A DNA stretch of 62,687 nt, taken from the NCBI GenBank assembly GCA_964452865.1, contig CAYVNJ010000001.1:1-62687 (forward strand). Direction: 5' to 3'. The stretch comes from an uncultured Sangeribacter sp. (GTDB lineage: Bacteria; Bacteroidota; Bacteroidia; Bacteroidales; Muribaculaceae). The notes under the pieces are model-generated. The model saw nothing but the letters and a program-made list of their open reading frames with translations. It ran no database searches and had not been told where the DNA came from. Each line of letters opens with the position of its first letter. The first letter of the stretch is position 1. Of this stretch, positions 19,464 through 30,015 are shown piece by piece. The translations under genes and the position numbers were made by a program.

Positions 19464-21470
19464 TTATTTCTTAATCAGAGTCTTTATATACTCGTCATCG
19501 GCAAGGAACGGCTCGGTAATGATAAATCCGTCTTCCTTATGAGTGCGGTTCCATTCACATACTGTCGACATGGCATTCTCATTACGTGCCCATGAACGTC
19601 GGGCTACACCACCCATTACGTCCCAAAGCATCGCATTGCGTAATATTTCGTCAACACGTTCTGAACCGTCACATACCATGCCGAAGCCACCGTTGATAGA
19701 CTTACCGATACCTACACCGCCTCCATTGTGCAGTGCAACGAGGCTCATGCCGCGTGCACAGTTGCCCGCGAAACACTGTACAGCCATGTCGGCCATTACA
19801 TTTGAGCCGTCTTTGATGTTGGATGTCTCACGGAACGGAGAGTCTGTACCGCTTACATCATGGTGGTCGCGGCCAAGCATGATAGGACCGACCTCACCAT
19901 TGCGAACCATTTCATTGAATTTCAGGGCTATCTTCAGGCGGCCTTCTGCATCTTGATAAAGGATGCGTGCCTGAGTGCCTACAACGAGGGCGTTCTTCTC
20001 TGCGTCGCGAATCCAGTTGTAGTTGTCTCTGTCCTGACCACGACGGTCGGGATTGATGCACTCCATAGCAGCCTTGTCAGTCTTTATCAGGTCTTCGTGC
20101 TTGCCGCTCAGACATACCCAACGGAAAGGACCATAACCATAATCAAATAACATCGGTCCCATGATATCCTCAACGTATGAAGGCCAGATAAAACCGTCCT
20201 TTTCATCGATGCCGTTGCGTGAGATTTCTTGCACACCAGCATCGTAAACAGACTTCATAAATGCGTTGCCGTAGTCGAAGAAGTATGTTCCGCGTTCAAC
20301 CAGGGCCTTTATGGCATCGTAATGACGCTTGAGAGATTTATCTACCTCTTCTTTAAATTTTTCGGGGTTTGAGTGTAGAAGTTCGGTGCGCTCATCAAAT
20401 GAAAGAGAGACAGGACAATAGCCTCCGTCATACACGGCATGACATGATGTCTGGTCACTCAGCAGCTCAACCTTTTTGTCATGCTTTACTGCATATTCAA
20501 GAAGGTCAACAACGTTGCCGTGGTAAGCTATTGACAAGGGACGTTTTTCTTCAATTGCTTTTTCTGCGAGTTCGAAAGCGGTCGGAATATCTTCGACTAC
20601 TTCCTGAACCCAGCCCTGCGAATGACGTGTTTCGATGCGTGATTTGTCAACTTCGGCAATGATAGCAACAGCACCTGCAATTTCTGCAGCTTTGGGTTGA
20701 GCACCGCTCATCCCGCCAAGACCAGACGAAATAAACAGATGTCCTTTAAGGTCGCCGTCGGCAGGTACACCCAGTTTCATACGGCCGGCATTGAGAAGTG
20801 TATTGAAAGTACCATGGACGATGCCCTGAGGACCGATGTACATCCAACCTCCGGCTGTCATCTGTCCGTAGTTGGCTACACCCATCTGCATAGCTTCATG
20901 CCAATCGGTCTGGTTGTCGAACATGCCGACCATCATGGCGTTGGTAATGATTACTCGGGGTGAGTCTTTTTTAGAGGGGAAAAGGCCCAACGGATGTCCA
21001 GACTCGATTACGAGTGTCTGGTCTTCACGCAGTTCTTCGAGATATTTCATGATGAGTCGGTACTGCAGCCAGTTCTGACATACCTGCCCCGTCTCTCCAT
21101 AAGTCACAAGTTCATAAGGGTATAAAGCGATATCGAAGCATAGGTTATTGTCAATCATGACCTGAAATGCTTTACCCTCAAGGCAATTGCCTTTATATTC
21201 GTCTATGCTCTTGGCTTTGAGGTCGCCTTCCGGGCGGAAGCGGTATGCATAAATACGGCCACGTGTACGCAATTCTTCCAGAAATTCGGGGGCAAGTTTT
21301 TCATGCAATTCTTCGGGTAGGTAGCGAAGTGCATTCTTAAGTGCTGTCACGGTTTTTTCAGGTGTAAGGGTATAACCGCGGTCAGGGGCGCGACGGATAC
21401 CTTCAACGAATTTGGGATACTCTGGCATCTCTGCCGAGAGGTGAAGTCCGGTGTTGGTTTGTTTAGCCAT
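19464..21470 (-). CDS. hutU: Urocanate hydratase (long form, ~668 aa)
   Basis: YGQMTAGGW.YIGPQGIVHGT, GLGGMSGAQP, SDQTSCH, GRDHHD, LHNGGGVG; start moved to ATG at 21470. Confidence 0.96.
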   Translation of the reverse strand: MAKQTNTGLHLSAEMPEYPKFVEGIRRAPDRGYTLTPEKTVTALKNALRYLPEELHEKLAPEFLEELRTRGRIYAYRFRPEGDLKAKSIDEYKGNCLEGKAFQVMIDNNLCFDIALYPYELVTYGETGQVCQNWLQYRLIMKYLEELREDQTLVIESGHPLGLFPSKKDSPRVIITNAMMVGMFDNQTDWHEAMQMGVANYGQMTAGGWMYIGPQGIVHGTFNTLLNAGRMKLGVPADGDLKGHLFISSGLGGMSGAQPKAAEIAGAVAIIAEVDKSRIETRHSQGWVQEVVEDIPTAFELAEKAIEEKRPLSIAYHGNVVDLLEYAVKHDKKVELLSDQTSCHAVYDGGYCPVSLSFDERTELLHSNPEKFKEEVDKSLKRHYDAIKALVERGTYFFDYGNAFMKSVYDAGVQEISRNGIDEKDGFIWPSYVEDIMGPMLFDYGYGPFRWVCLSGKHEDLIKTDKAAMECINPDRRGQDRDNYNWIRDAEKNALVVGTQARILYQDAEGRLKIALKFNEMVRNGEVGPIMLGRDHHDVSGTDSPFRETSNIKDGSNVMADMAVQCFAGNCARGMSLVALHNGGGVGIGKSINGGFGMVCDGSERVDEILRNAMLWDVMGGVARRSWARNENAMSTVCEWNRTHKEDGFIITEPFLADDEYIKTLIKK

Positions 21471-21538
21471 TGGTATTAATCGTTTTTTTGATTTTTTGCT
21501 GTTCTGTATGCTGTTTTTCAACAGTATAATAATCTCTG

Positions 21539-21569
21539 CAAAAGTAATCAATTTGTGCCGATTATCCAA
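21539..21569 (-). promoter_or_regulatory. Promoter of hut operon
   Basis: Minus strand TTGG-N19-TACTTTTG. Confidence 0.65.
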
Positions 21570-21581
21570 TTAAGAATTATT

Positions 21582-21640
21582 AAAAAAGTTAACGGAGAAC
21601 CGTCTGGCTCTCCGTTTCTTTTTTATGGTGTCCGTTAACT
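21582..21640 (-). terminator. Intrinsic terminator after recQ
   Basis: AACGGAGA/TCTCCGTT stem with T-runs on both strands. Confidence 0.7.
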
Positions 21641-21643
21641 GTG

Positions 21644-23824
21644 TCAGTTGCCCATTTCCGACAGGAATTTGATTCGCGCAAGGCGTATCCAATCCTCTTC
21701 TACTTCGTTGCCGAATTCCTGAATTGCCGCTTCAATGTCATCGTCCGTATTAGTACAGAAAAACTCTGTCAGATATTCTTGTAAATCATCATCAATATTT
21801 TGGTTCAATGCATAGTTGATGTTGATTTTAAGTCCGGACAGTACTATTGATTCCAATTCGTCAATTAGACTTCGGAAATCAAGGCCTTGGCTCTGGGCTA
21901 TTGTCTGGAGGTCTTTTCGTAAGTCTATACCGTTTATTATCGAGCGGATGCGTTGAGAATTCTTTGAAGTCGTGCGTATCCTGAAATCTTCGGGGCGGAT
22001 GATATCATTTTCTTCGACATATCGTTTGATAATATCAAGAAATTCCTGTCCGTAACGGTGTGCTTTGCCTGTACCTACGCCCGGAATATTCTTCAGTTCT
22101 TCCATTGTCATAGGATAGCTTGTGGCCATTGCTTCAAGCGATACATCTTGAAAAATTACATACGGAGGAAGGCCATGATGTTTGGCAGTTGTTTTCCGCT
22201 GGTCCTTTAGGATTGCATATAATTCCGGGTCGGCTACACTTGTAGCACCTCCGCCGACAGCATCATCATCTACTACATCGCGAAATTCGTTATCTTCTGT
22301 AATTTTGAATGATACAGGGTGTTTAATGAATTCTTTTCCTTTCTCAGTCAGACGTATTGTACCATAGTTTTCAATATCTCGGCTGAGATAGCCCGCCAAA
22401 ATGGCCTGGCGCATCATAGTCGACAGATATTTTTCTGTGAGGTCTGATGCACATCCGAATGTCTCAAGTTCATCGTGTTTGTACGATTTGACATCATCGG
22501 TACCCTTGCCGTACAAAATGTTGATGATATGTTCTGGCTTGAATTTCTCCTTGACTGCAGCTACAGTTTCAATGGCAGCGGCCAGTTCATCTTTTGCCTC
22601 TATTTGCTTTTTAGGATGCAGACAGTTGTCACAGCTTCCGCAGTTGTCTTCCGTGTACATCTCTCCGAAATAATGAAGCAAGGTTTTACGACGACAGACA
22701 GATGATTCTGCGTAGGAAGCAGTGTCGCGAAGCAGCTGACGCCCTATTTCTTGCTCGGCAACTGATTTTCCTTGCATCAGTTTCTCAAGCTTCTGTATGT
22801 CGGAATAGCTGTAAAATGTCAGACAATGACCTTCACCTCCGTCACGTCCTGCACGACCGGTTTCCTGATAATATCCTTCAAGACTTTTAGGAATGTCATA
22901 GTGAATTACAAATCTGACGTCAGGCTTGTCGATACCCATGCCGAATGCTATGGTGGCGACAATAACATCCACATCTTCCATAAGGAATGCATCCTGATTG
23001 GCACTTCGCGATGCAGGATCCATTCCGGCATGATATGGTAGAGCCTTTATATCGTTGATACGGAGAACTTCAGTCAGTTCTTCCACCTTTTTTCGTGCAA
23101 GACAATAGATGATGCCAGATTTACCCGGTCTGTTTTTTATATACCGAATAATGTCGCGGTCAATATTTTTTGTCTTGGGTCGGACTTCGTACATGAGGTT
23201 TGTACGGTTGAAGCTTGACTTGAAGACATTCGCATCATGCATTCCGAGATTTTTCTGGATGTCATGCTGAACTTTCGGTGTAGCGGTTGCTGTAAGAGCA
23301 ATTACCGGACGGGGGGCGATGACATTGATGATAGGCCGTATTTTGCGATATTCCGGGCGGAAGTCATGTCCCCATTCCGAAATACAATGTGCTTCATCAA
23401 CCGCATAAAATGATATATCGACCGAACGCAGGAAGTTGATGTTGTCCTCCTTGGTCAATTGCTCAGGGGCAACATAAAGCAATTTGGTGCGTCCTTCTAT
23501 TATGTCGTTTTTTACCTTTTCTACAGCAGCCTTGTTGAGCGATGAATTCAGAAAATGTGCAACACCGTCATCTTCACCGAAATTACGCATCGCGTCAACC
23601 TGGTTTTTCATCAGTGCGATTAACGGAGATATGACTATGGCTGTTCCGGGAGAGATGATGGCCGGTAACTGATAGCACAACGATTTGCCGCCACCGGTTG
23701 GCATCAGTACAAAAGTATCCTTGCCGTCAAGAAGACTCTTGATTATTTCTTCCTGATTGCCTTTGAAACTGTCAAAACCGAAGCGCTCTTTAAGTGCTGC
23801 TCTTATAATAGCTGAGTCTGCCAT
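21644..23824 (-). CDS. recQ: ATP-dependent DNA helicase RecQ
   Basis: MPTGGGKSLCYQ, DEAHCISEWGHDFRP, QETGRAGRDG, RQC zinc motif, HRDC. Confidence 0.97.
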   Translation of the reverse strand: MADSAIIRAALKERFGFDSFKGNQEEIIKSLLDGKDTFVLMPTGGGKSLCYQLPAIISPGTAIVISPLIALMKNQVDAMRNFGEDDGVAHFLNSSLNKAAVEKVKNDIIEGRTKLLYVAPEQLTKEDNINFLRSVDISFYAVDEAHCISEWGHDFRPEYRKIRPIINVIAPRPVIALTATATPKVQHDIQKNLGMHDANVFKSSFNRTNLMYEVRPKTKNIDRDIIRYIKNRPGKSGIIYCLARKKVEELTEVLRINDIKALPYHAGMDPASRSANQDAFLMEDVDVIVATIAFGMGIDKPDVRFVIHYDIPKSLEGYYQETGRAGRDGGEGHCLTFYSYSDIQKLEKLMQGKSVAEQEIGRQLLRDTASYAESSVCRRKTLLHYFGEMYTEDNCGSCDNCLHPKKQIEAKDELAAAIETVAAVKEKFKPEHIINILYGKGTDDVKSYKHDELETFGCASDLTEKYLSTMMRQAILAGYLSRDIENYGTIRLTEKGKEFIKHPVSFKITEDNEFRDVVDDDAVGGGATSVADPELYAILKDQRKTTAKHHGLPPYVIFQDVSLEAMATSYPMTMEELKNIPGVGTGKAHRYGQEFLDIIKRYVEENDIIRPEDFRIRTTSKNSQRIRSIINGIDLRKDLQTIAQSQGLDFRSLIDELESIVLSGLKININYALNQNIDDDLQEYLTEFFCTNTDDDIEAAIQEFGNEVEEDWIRLARIKFLSEMGN

Positions 23825-23868
23825 ATTTTCTCAAAATCCGGATTTCTGTCGTAAGTTTTACTCTTGTA

Positions 23869-23899
23869 CAAAATTAACTGAATTAATGATTCTGTCAAA
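23869..23899 (-). promoter_or_regulatory. Consensus promoter of recQ
   Basis: Minus strand TTTG-N19-TAATTTTG. Confidence 0.8.
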
Positions 23900-23943
23900 G
23901 TTTTTAAGAAAATATTATGAAATTTTTTGGAGACAGATAATTC

Positions 23944-25200
23944 TCAGTTGACCTCGAATTTTGCTTGCGCGAGTTTTTCGTCTACGTAATCGCGGGTAAC
24001 CTCAAATTTTTCAATTCCTGCCGACGGGCACTCATACATTGCGTCAACCATGATGGCTTCGACAATTGCTCTAAGTCCGCGAGCACCGAGCTTATACTCT
24101 ATTGCTTTGTCAACTATACGGTCCAGTGCCGCATCTTCGAAAGTAAGTTCGATACCGTCAAGTTCAAACAAGCGTACATATTGACGCACTATCGCATTTT
24201 TTGGTTCTGTCAATATTCGGCGTAAAGCGTCTCTATCAAGTGGTTCAAGATGAGTGAGTACAGGAAGACGACCTATGATTTCAGGTATAAGTCCGAATGA
24301 TTTCAAATCTTGTGGAGTGACATAACTCATAAGATTTTCTCTCTGCTGTTTCCTCTTCTGCTCATCGTGTCCGTAGCCGACAAGATGTGTGTTAAGACGC
24401 GCTGCTACCTTGCGTTCGATACCGTCGAACGCACCCCCGCAGATGAAAAGTATGTTTTTAGTATTAACCGGAATCATCTTTTGCTCCGGATGCTTGCGGC
24501 CTCCTTGTGGCGGAACAAGAACGAGTGAACCTTCAAGTAATTTGAGAAGACCCTGTTGCACTCCTTCACCGCTTACATCGCGGGTTATGGAGGGGTTATC
24601 GCTTTTTCTCGCGATTTTGTCAATCTCATCGATGAACACAATACCTCGTTCTGCTTTCTCGACATCATAATCGCATGCCTGAAGCAGTCTTACGAGGAGG
24701 GATTCGATGTCCTCCCCTACATAGCCTGCTTCAGTCAGTACGGTTGCATCGACAATGGCGAACGGCACATCAAGCAGCTTTGCGATACTTCGTGCAAGTA
24801 GTGTTTTTCCTGTACCGGTAGGACCGACCATAATGATGTTTGATTTTTCAATCTCAACATCAGAATTGTCTGTATCCCTGGTATTGTGTTCCCCGATTCG
24901 TTTGTAGTGGTTATATACGGCTACAGACAGATATTTCTTGGCTTCGTCTTGCCCTATTATATATTGGTCGAGAAACTCTTTAATCTCTTTCGGAGTCCTG
25001 ATTTTGTACGTTTCTTTCTCAGTGTCTGCGTGTTCTTCAGTGTCTTTGATTTTATTGAGAGCTGTGTCTCTCTGATTATCAAGGAATTGAATGCAGTTTT
25101 CACACAAATACAGCTGGTCGAACATGTGTAAGACATGATTTGACGGTTCGTCGGTCGACCCGCACATAGAACATACAGGTTTTTCTATCTTGTCAGCCAT
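23944..25200 (-). CDS. clpX: ATP-dependent Clp protease ATPase ClpX
   Basis: C4 zinc finger, [33 protein letters not shown]. Confidence 0.97.
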   Translation of the reverse strand: MADKIEKPVCSMCGSTDEPSNHVLHMFDQLYLCENCIQFLDNQRDTALNKIKDTEEHADTEKETYKIRTPKEIKEFLDQYIIGQDEAKKYLSVAVYNHYKRIGEHNTRDTDNSDVEIEKSNIIMVGPTGTGKTLLARSIAKLLDVPFAIVDATVLTEAGYVGEDIESLLVRLLQACDYDVEKAERGIVFIDEIDKIARKSDNPSITRDVSGEGVQQGLLKLLEGSLVLVPPQGGRKHPEQKMIPVNTKNILFICGGAFDGIERKVAARLNTHLVGYGHDEQKRKQQRENLMSYVTPQDLKSFGLIPEIIGRLPVLTHLEPLDRDALRRILTEPKNAIVRQYVRLFELDGIELTFEDAALDRIVDKAIEYKLGARGLRAIVEAIMVDAMYECPSAGIEKFEVTRDYVDEKLAQAKFEVN

Positions 25201-25211
25201 ATTTCCGTTGT

Positions 25212-25925
25212 TTATTTTTTAGCGGGATTGACGAGAACTTTATCAATCATACCATATTCTTCTGCCTCTTTGGCTATCATCCAGTAGTCACGGTCAGAAT
25301 CTTTAGCTACTTTATCAAAAGGCTGTCCGGAATGGTCTGAGATGATACGATACAGCTCATCCTTAAGCTTAAGAATTTCTCTCGCAGTAATTTCAATATC
25401 TGATGCCTGACCATTTATGCCGCCCATGGGTTGGTGAATCATTACTCTTGAATGAGGCAGTGCGAAACGCTTACCTTTCTCGCCGGCTACCAGAAGGACA
25501 GCAGCCATTGAAGCTGCCATACCTGTACATATTGTCGAGACATCACTCGATATGTATTGCATGGTGTCATAGATGCCAAGGCCGGCATATACCGACCCAC
25601 CGGGAGAGTTAATATAGATGGAGATGTCTTTGCCGGGGTCTGCAGAGTCAAGATACAACAGCTGCGCTTGTATCACATTTGCAGATTGGTCAGTGACTTG
25701 AGTACCAAGAAATATGATACGGTCCATCATCAGACGTGAAAAAACATCAAGTTGAGTCACATTAAGTTGGCGTTCTTCAAGAATATAGGGATTGATGTAA
25801 TCAGCATGCGGAGTAACCGATGAGATGCCTGAAGCAGCTTTATCTACAAATCTTGTGTACTGGTCAAGCATGTTTGAATTAATGCCGAGGTGGTTTACCG
25901 CAAAATTTTTGAAATCGTTATTCAT
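25212..25925 (-). CDS. clpP: Clp protease proteolytic subunit
   Basis: [32 protein letters not shown]; ATG at 25925. Confidence 0.97.
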   Translation of the reverse strand: MNNDFKNFAVNHLGINSNMLDQYTRFVDKAASGISSVTPHADYINPYILEERQLNVTQLDVFSRLMMDRIIFLGTQVTDQSANVIQAQLLYLDSADPGKDISIYINSPGGSVYAGLGIYDTMQYISSDVSTICTGMAASMAAVLLVAGEKGKRFALPHSRVMIHQPMGGINGQASDIEITAREILKLKDELYRIISDHSGQPFDKVAKDSDRDYWMIAKEAEEYGMIDKVLVNPAKK

Positions 25926-25989
25926 TTCTGTTCTTTGTTTGATTAATGTTGTGTGTCTTTCAAGCAAATATCGCGCCCGTTTTTTCGGC

Positions 25990-26033
25990 AGAAAAGGGAG
26001 AAAGTCTGTTTCTTAGACTTCTCTCCCATTTCT
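25990..26033 (-). terminator. Hairpin / partial terminator between tig and clpP
   Basis: Minus strand GGGAGAGAAGTCT/AGACTTTCTCCC stem followed by TTTTCT. Confidence 0.6.
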
Positions 26034-26065
26034 AAGCCAAAGACCGGCCGGTGGCCTGTCAGGTG

Positions 26066-27430
26066 TTATTTAGTTTCTTCGGCAGGTGCAAAGAGCTTAT
26101 TGAATTCTTCAACACTAACGGTTTTGTCATCAACATTGACTGATGCACGAATGCCGTTGAAGAGTTTCATGTCAAGAGCTTGATTGGCAATCTGCTCGCG
26201 GTGCTTGTCATCCTTGAGCATGTTATCGATATAATAATTCAAGCCGTCTTCCGGAATATTTGTCATTCCGTAGCTTGCAAGTTGCTGACGTGCTATCATT
26301 CCTGCAAGATTGCGAAGGTCTGATTCTTCAAGCTTTATTTCAAGTTGTTTTGCAATTTCTTCGCGAACCAGCTGCCACACGAGGTCTGTGCGGATTTTCT
26401 TGTATTCCTCTTCGATATTTTCGTCTGTCAGATTTTTGTCCTGCATTTTGAGGTAATCCTTGAGGATTTCATCCGGAAGTTCAATTTCGCCTACAGCTTC
26501 GAGTATGTTGTTGCGAGCATCGATTGTGAAGCGGAAGTTGCTGTCAGCAGCCAATTGGGCAGCTATCATATCTTTGACAGCGGCTTTGTATTCTTCTTCA
26601 TTGTGAACTTTGTCAGGACCGAAGACTTTGTCGAAGAATTCCTGATTGTGTTCAGCCGGGCGGAGAACGATGATATCCTCAATGTCGAAGTTGAAGTCGC
26701 CTTTGTGGTTTTCCGCATCTTCTTTGTCTATGTTAAGCATAGATGCGAGCTCTGTGGGATTGGCATCGCAGGTTGCTGCCGGATTGAATTTGACAGAGTC
26801 TCCTTTATGTTTGCCCACGAAGAGAGATTTCTGCTCGTCGTTTTTGAAAAATTCGGGTGCTACAATACCTTTTTCTACTACGATACCACCTTCTTTGGGT
26901 GTGCCGTCTTCATTGAGCTCGGTAATGACGCCTTTTACGAGAGCGTTGGGTTCAACCTCTTCGCCAGATTCCTGTTTGCCAAGACGTTTGCACATATTCT
27001 TGTCCTGCTGGTCAATCATTTCGTCTGTCACCTCAATGGTGTAGTACGGAATGGTCATGTCTTTATTGACATGAGTGTTGATTTCAGGTGCGATACCGAC
27101 TCTAAACTTGAATGTGAAATCTTTGTTGTTCAAATCAAACTCCTCGTTGGCCTCGGGCATGGGATTGCCGAGAACACGCAAATCGTTCTCTTTGATGTAG
27201 TTGAACAATGCGTTGGAGATTTCTTTATTGATAACGTCATACTTGACGCTTTTTCCATATTTTTTCTCAATCAAGGCTGCCGGCACATGTCCGGGACGGT
27301 ATCCTTTCTCAGTATGTGTGCGACGGATTTCTTTGAGAGTATCCTTGATTTTGTTCTCGTAGTCGCTCTCGTTAATCTCAACAGTCACGATAGCATTGAC
27401 ATTGTCAATCTTGTCAAATGAGATATTCAT
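26066..27430 (-). CDS. tig: Trigger factor
   Basis: GYRPGHVP ribosome-binding signature; upstream of clpP-clpX. Confidence 0.95.
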   Translation of the reverse strand: MNISFDKIDNVNAIVTVEINESDYENKIKDTLKEIRRTHTEKGYRPGHVPAALIEKKYGKSVKYDVINKEISNALFNYIKENDLRVLGNPMPEANEEFDLNNKDFTFKFRVGIAPEINTHVNKDMTIPYYTIEVTDEMIDQQDKNMCKRLGKQESGEEVEPNALVKGVITELNEDGTPKEGGIVVEKGIVAPEFFKNDEQKSLFVGKHKGDSVKFNPAATCDANPTELASMLNIDKEDAENHKGDFNFDIEDIIVLRPAEHNQEFFDKVFGPDKVHNEEEYKAAVKDMIAAQLAADSNFRFTIDARNNILEAVGEIELPDEILKDYLKMQDKNLTDENIEEEYKKIRTDLVWQLVREEIAKQLEIKLEESDLRNLAGMIARQQLASYGMTNIPEDGLNYYIDNMLKDDKHREQIANQALDMKLFNGIRASVNVDDKTVSVEEFNKLFAPAEETK

Positions 27431-27505
27431 TTTTTTGATTAAATCTATTGTGTTGGTTATATATCTTGTTCGCTACATTGGAGCAATGCTCCTTTTTACG
27501 GCTTA

Positions 27506-27537
27506 CAAAATTATAAAATTTTATTTTTACCGACAAA
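27506..27537 (-). promoter_or_regulatory. Consensus promoter of tig-clpP-clpX
   Basis: Minus strand TTTG-N20-TAATTTTG. Confidence 0.8.
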
Positions 27538-27552
27538 TAATGCCCTTTTATA

Positions 27553-28851
27553 TTACCTATAGAATGTTCCGAATACTTTAACGGCCGAAATATGGTCGGC
27601 CACTGAAGCGGTTTCTCGAGCAGAATGCATCGCCCATATAGGATTGCCCATATCTACACCTCGCAAGTCAAGCTGCGAAGTCAGAATGTTACCAAGCGTT
27701 GAGCCTCCGGCCACATCGCTGTGGTTGACGAAGTACTGCATATTGACACCGGATTCCTCGCAGAGTGAACGGAATACTGCTGCCCCGTCAGCATCGGTCA
27801 TATATTTGCAGTTGGCATTGATTTTTACAGCAGGACCATGGCCTATGAGCGCGTGATTTGTCGGGTCATATTTGCTGTTGTAGTTTGGATGCCATGCGTG
27901 TGCATCATCAGCCGAAATCATGAAGGAACGCGCTACGCTCCGGAGGAAATCACTCTCGTTGCCACCCAATGCATCGTTGACGCGCAGAAGTATGTTTTTC
28001 AGTACCGGTGATGCCGCTCCTTGTTTGGTACCGCTTCCTGTCTCTTCATTGTCGAAAACAGCCAGCACACGGGTGTAGTCCGCATCTTCAGCTATGTTAT
28101 TCAGGAATGCTTCCAACGATGCAAACGACATTGACAGGTCGTCGATACGTCCGGATTGGATGAACTCTTCATTCACACCACACAGAGCGGCATTCTCCAC
28201 CGGATAGAGATTCAGTTCATACTCAAGTATTTCACGCGGTTGTACATCGAGGTGGTTTGCCAGCAAAGACTTGATGACGCCGCCCGATTTTTGATAGCCC
28301 TCTATCTGTTCCGGTGTGAATATGCCCAATACCGGCTTCATGTCCGATTGAACTGACAATGGATTGCCTTCGTTGACTGCTCGGTTGAAATGTATGGCAA
28401 GATGAGGAATGAACGCCACGGGTTTGCGTAGGTCAACGGCAACCATTTTAGGATTGAGCGCATCTTTACCTGCAAGTGCCACGCGTCCGGATATTGACAG
28501 CGGGCGGTCAAACCATGTGTACAATATGCCGCCGCCATATTTCTCGACATTGAGGGTTACTGTGCCCCCCTCGTTATATATTTCTGCCTGAGGTTTGATT
28601 TTGAAAGTGGGGCTGTCTGAGTGAGATGAGATGATGCGGAAGCTGTGATTTTCAATGTTCCTGCCGACGCGGAAAGCGAAAATTGCAGTGCCGTTCTTAA
28701 TTACGTAGTAATTGCCGCCGGGGCGAACAGGCCATTTGTCTTCAGCTTTCAGTTCTAAGAAACCAGCTTTGTCCAATTCTTTTTTAATGGTCTGAACAGC
28801 CATAACATTGCATGTAGAGCTGTCGAGCCATTTTAAGAGTCTTTCAATCAT
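27553..28851 (-). CDS. M18 family (aspartyl) aminopeptidase
   Basis: SHSDSP, YGG...TWFDRPL, RIDDL, DNEETGS, SADDAHA.HPNY, GGSTLG, MHSARE; ATG at 28851. Confidence 0.92.
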   Translation of the reverse strand: MIERLLKWLDSSTCNVMAVQTIKKELDKAGFLELKAEDKWPVRPGGNYYVIKNGTAIFAFRVGRNIENHSFRIISSHSDSPTFKIKPQAEIYNEGGTVTLNVEKYGGGILYTWFDRPLSISGRVALAGKDALNPKMVAVDLRKPVAFIPHLAIHFNRAVNEGNPLSVQSDMKPVLGIFTPEQIEGYQKSGGVIKSLLANHLDVQPREILEYELNLYPVENAALCGVNEEFIQSGRIDDLSMSFASLEAFLNNIAEDADYTRVLAVFDNEETGSGTKQGAASPVLKNILLRVNDALGGNESDFLRSVARSFMISADDAHAWHPNYNSKYDPTNHALIGHGPAVKINANCKYMTDADGAAVFRSLCEESGVNMQYFVNHSDVAGGSTLGNILTSQLDLRGVDMGNPIWAMHSARETASVADHISAVKVFGTFYR

Positions 28852-28877
28852 GTGATATGTGGTGTTTGATATTGTAA

Positions 28878-29414
28878 TTACTGATATTTTTCGTGTATGT
28901 CGTATCTCAGGGCATTTAGCGGACGCATCACGTTGCATAAAGTCTGCGACCAATATTCCCTGAAGTTTTCTTTAAGTCCTGAAGCTATTTCCTGCATTCT
29001 GTCATTATCCGCATCTTTGATGGCGCAAAGGAAATTATATACCGGTTGAAAGATGTCGGCAAGACTTTCGGATATTGTAGCTGCAATCGGGGTGTCGCTA
29101 TATTTCATGTCTTCCTCAAAAGTTTCGAGAAAAGTATCATGCTCTCCGAGAAGAACTGATATTCGTGCCCTGATGTTTTCGTAACTCTGTTCGTCGAGAT
29201 AGTCGTATGCTCCATCCGTCAGCATGCTGTCGTCACTGTCTTTTTCACTGAATGAAGCAGTATGGAGGTATAAAGCCGGTAGAACTTCTGTCATTTTCTC
29301 TACGAACTCATTACGCTCAGTTTCTGTACATTTTTCGATTGTAAAGCAAAACTCCTCTGCAGTGCGCAGTAATGCTTCTGAAATTGGTGTGTTATCTGTA
29401 TGTTCCATGTTCAT
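28878..29414 (-). CDS. Conserved Bacteroidales protein (DUF5063-like)
   Basis: LP.LYL, D.FLETF..DMKYSDTPI..TISE.LADI.Q and F.EYW.Q pattern recalled from DUF5063. Confidence 0.7.
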   Translation of the reverse strand: MNMEHTDNTPISEALLRTAEEFCFTIEKCTETERNEFVEKMTEVLPALYLHTASFSEKDSDDSMLTDGAYDYLDEQSYENIRARISVLLGEHDTFLETFEEDMKYSDTPIAATISESLADIFQPVYNFLCAIKDADNDRMQEIASGLKENFREYWSQTLCNVMRPLNALRYDIHEKYQ

Positions 29415-29439
29415 ATAAGCTGTTCGATGTAGAAAGAGT

Positions 29440-30015
29440 TCAACTATTCGATAAATAAAGCGCTTTTTGACGTATATATTCTTCGACCGCAGGACAAACA
29501 AAGTTTCCGACAGGTTTTCCTTCTTTAATGAGCTGTCTTATCATGGAAGATGAAATATTAGATTCGTATTTCGTATCGACTAAATTAATTTCATGAAATG
29601 AACTTTCAGCCGTTATTCCCTTGCGAGGATATGCATATACAGTGAATTCATCAAGAATGCGTCGATAGTCTTTCCATTTGGAGATGATTTTCACGTTGTC
29701 TCCTCCAATCAACAGTGAAAAATTATGTTCAGGAAATTTATCTCTCAATGCTGTTAACGTGTTAATTGTGTAAAAAGGAGGCGTGAGGGTTGTTTCAAAC
29801 TCTGATACGATGACATTAGGATGTCCTTCTGCAGACAGGCGGCACATTTCAAGCCTTTCTTCAAATGAAGATTGCGGTTCAGACTTCAGCGGATTGTGAG
29901 GAGACACCATCAACCACAGCTTGTCGATGTCGTGGCGACTCACCATATAGTCAGCAAGCATTATATGTGCTTTATGCGGGGGGTCGAAACTGCCGCCGAA
30001 GATGCAGATGTTCAT
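29440..30015 (-). CDS. nadD: Nicotinate-nucleotide adenylyltransferase
   Basis: FGGSFDPPH.AH, SPHNPLK, YTINTL, IGGDN, ISSS.IR. Confidence 0.94.
   Translation of the reverse strand: MNICIFGGSFDPPHKAHIMLADYMVSRHDIDKLWLMVSPHNPLKSEPQSSFEERLEMCRLSAEGHPNVIVSEFETTLTPPFYTINTLTALRDKFPEHNFSLLIGGDNVKIISKWKDYRRILDEFTVYAYPRKGITAESSFHEINLVDTKYESNISSSMIRQLIKEGKPVGNFVCPAVEEYIRQKALYLSNS

Noticed and set aside
21471-21569. Upstream extensions in the ORF track for hutU (likewise clpP, M18, fmt, menC, C10)
   Set aside because: The extensions run over promoters, non-coding leaders or adjacent genes; downstream ATGs match the family N-termini.
26345-27421. 358-aa plus-strand ORF antisense to tig
   Set aside because: In-register shadow of a strongly codon-biased gene; F/V/L-rich sequence with no motif or promoter.
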